A stretch of 63,494 nt of DNA, filler included, from Octopus bimaculoides (lineage: Eukaryota): assembly GCF_001194135.2 (NCBI RefSeq). It is 6 parts of 6 records of this genome, joined end to end, with 100 filler letters (N's around TTAATTAATTAA, not from the genome) between each part and the next. Parts side by side here need not be neighbours in the genome. Positions count along the whole stretch, not along the records: positions 59,586 to 63,494 come from NC_068986.1; 5 more parts are not named here. One strand, written 5' to 3'. A program made the position numbers and the translations under genes. The notes under the pieces were generated by a model, which was not told the origin of the DNA, did not search any database, and saw only the letters and a program-made list of their open reading frames with translations. Position 1 is the first letter of the stretch; each line of letters starts with the position of its first letter. Of this stretch, positions 63,304-63,494 are shown one piece after another.

Positions 63304-63494
63304 GGAAATCACTAATAAGTATATTCAAAGTTATTATACAAGGTCCATTAGAATGAACAAAGCGGAGCAGAAGCACACACGAAGACGGAAAGCGTCGCTG
63401 AAGAGATCACAGATGTGTGACGAAAGATTTCCGAACAATAGGCATGAGTTAAAATAAGAACAGTAATAAACGATTGAAGAACGAATATATAGTG

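Noticed and set aside
63384-63425. Hammerhead ribozyme (CTGAAGA-stem-GAAA with an upstream hairpin)
   Set aside because: No valid NUH cleavage triplet, and no stem I/III pairing closes the junction.

Overview
AT-rich, gap-ridden animal genomic DNA. The SINE families, dense microsatellites and LINE content suggest an octopus or other coleoid cephalopod; this is inferred from recalled repeat families, not searched. Most of the window is intronic or intergenic and is filled with degenerate mobile elements. Non-LTR retroelements include RTE, an RTE-BovB-like copy, Tx1/L1-like, R4/Dong-like, CRE-like and Penelope-like elements, one of which is probably a Naiad-type reverse transcriptase. DNA transposon relics include mariner, Tc1, maT-like and several MITEs. 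Two host coding exons are well supported. One is exon 1 of COX19 (+ strand, 52451-52529; MSTPLTFAGKLNVRPPEKGSFPLDHEG). The other is the first coding exon of an unidentified divergent gene (- strand, 50130-49942). A possible upstream non-coding exon of the minus gene lies inside COX19 intron 1. Weaker exon candidates occur near 2.2-2.4 kb, 9.3 kb, 11.5 kb and 37.4 kb. The most notable observations are a PHD-type C4HC3 finger inside an RTE reverse transcriptase, four long fold-back structures around the unidentified exon, and a young Merlin-type MITE with a perfect 8-bp target-site duplication (TSD). Nearly all ORFs in the supplied track are microsatellite or N-gap artefacts. No CRISPR array, rRNA or genuine tRNA gene was seen, and I cannot claim a clearly new biological system.
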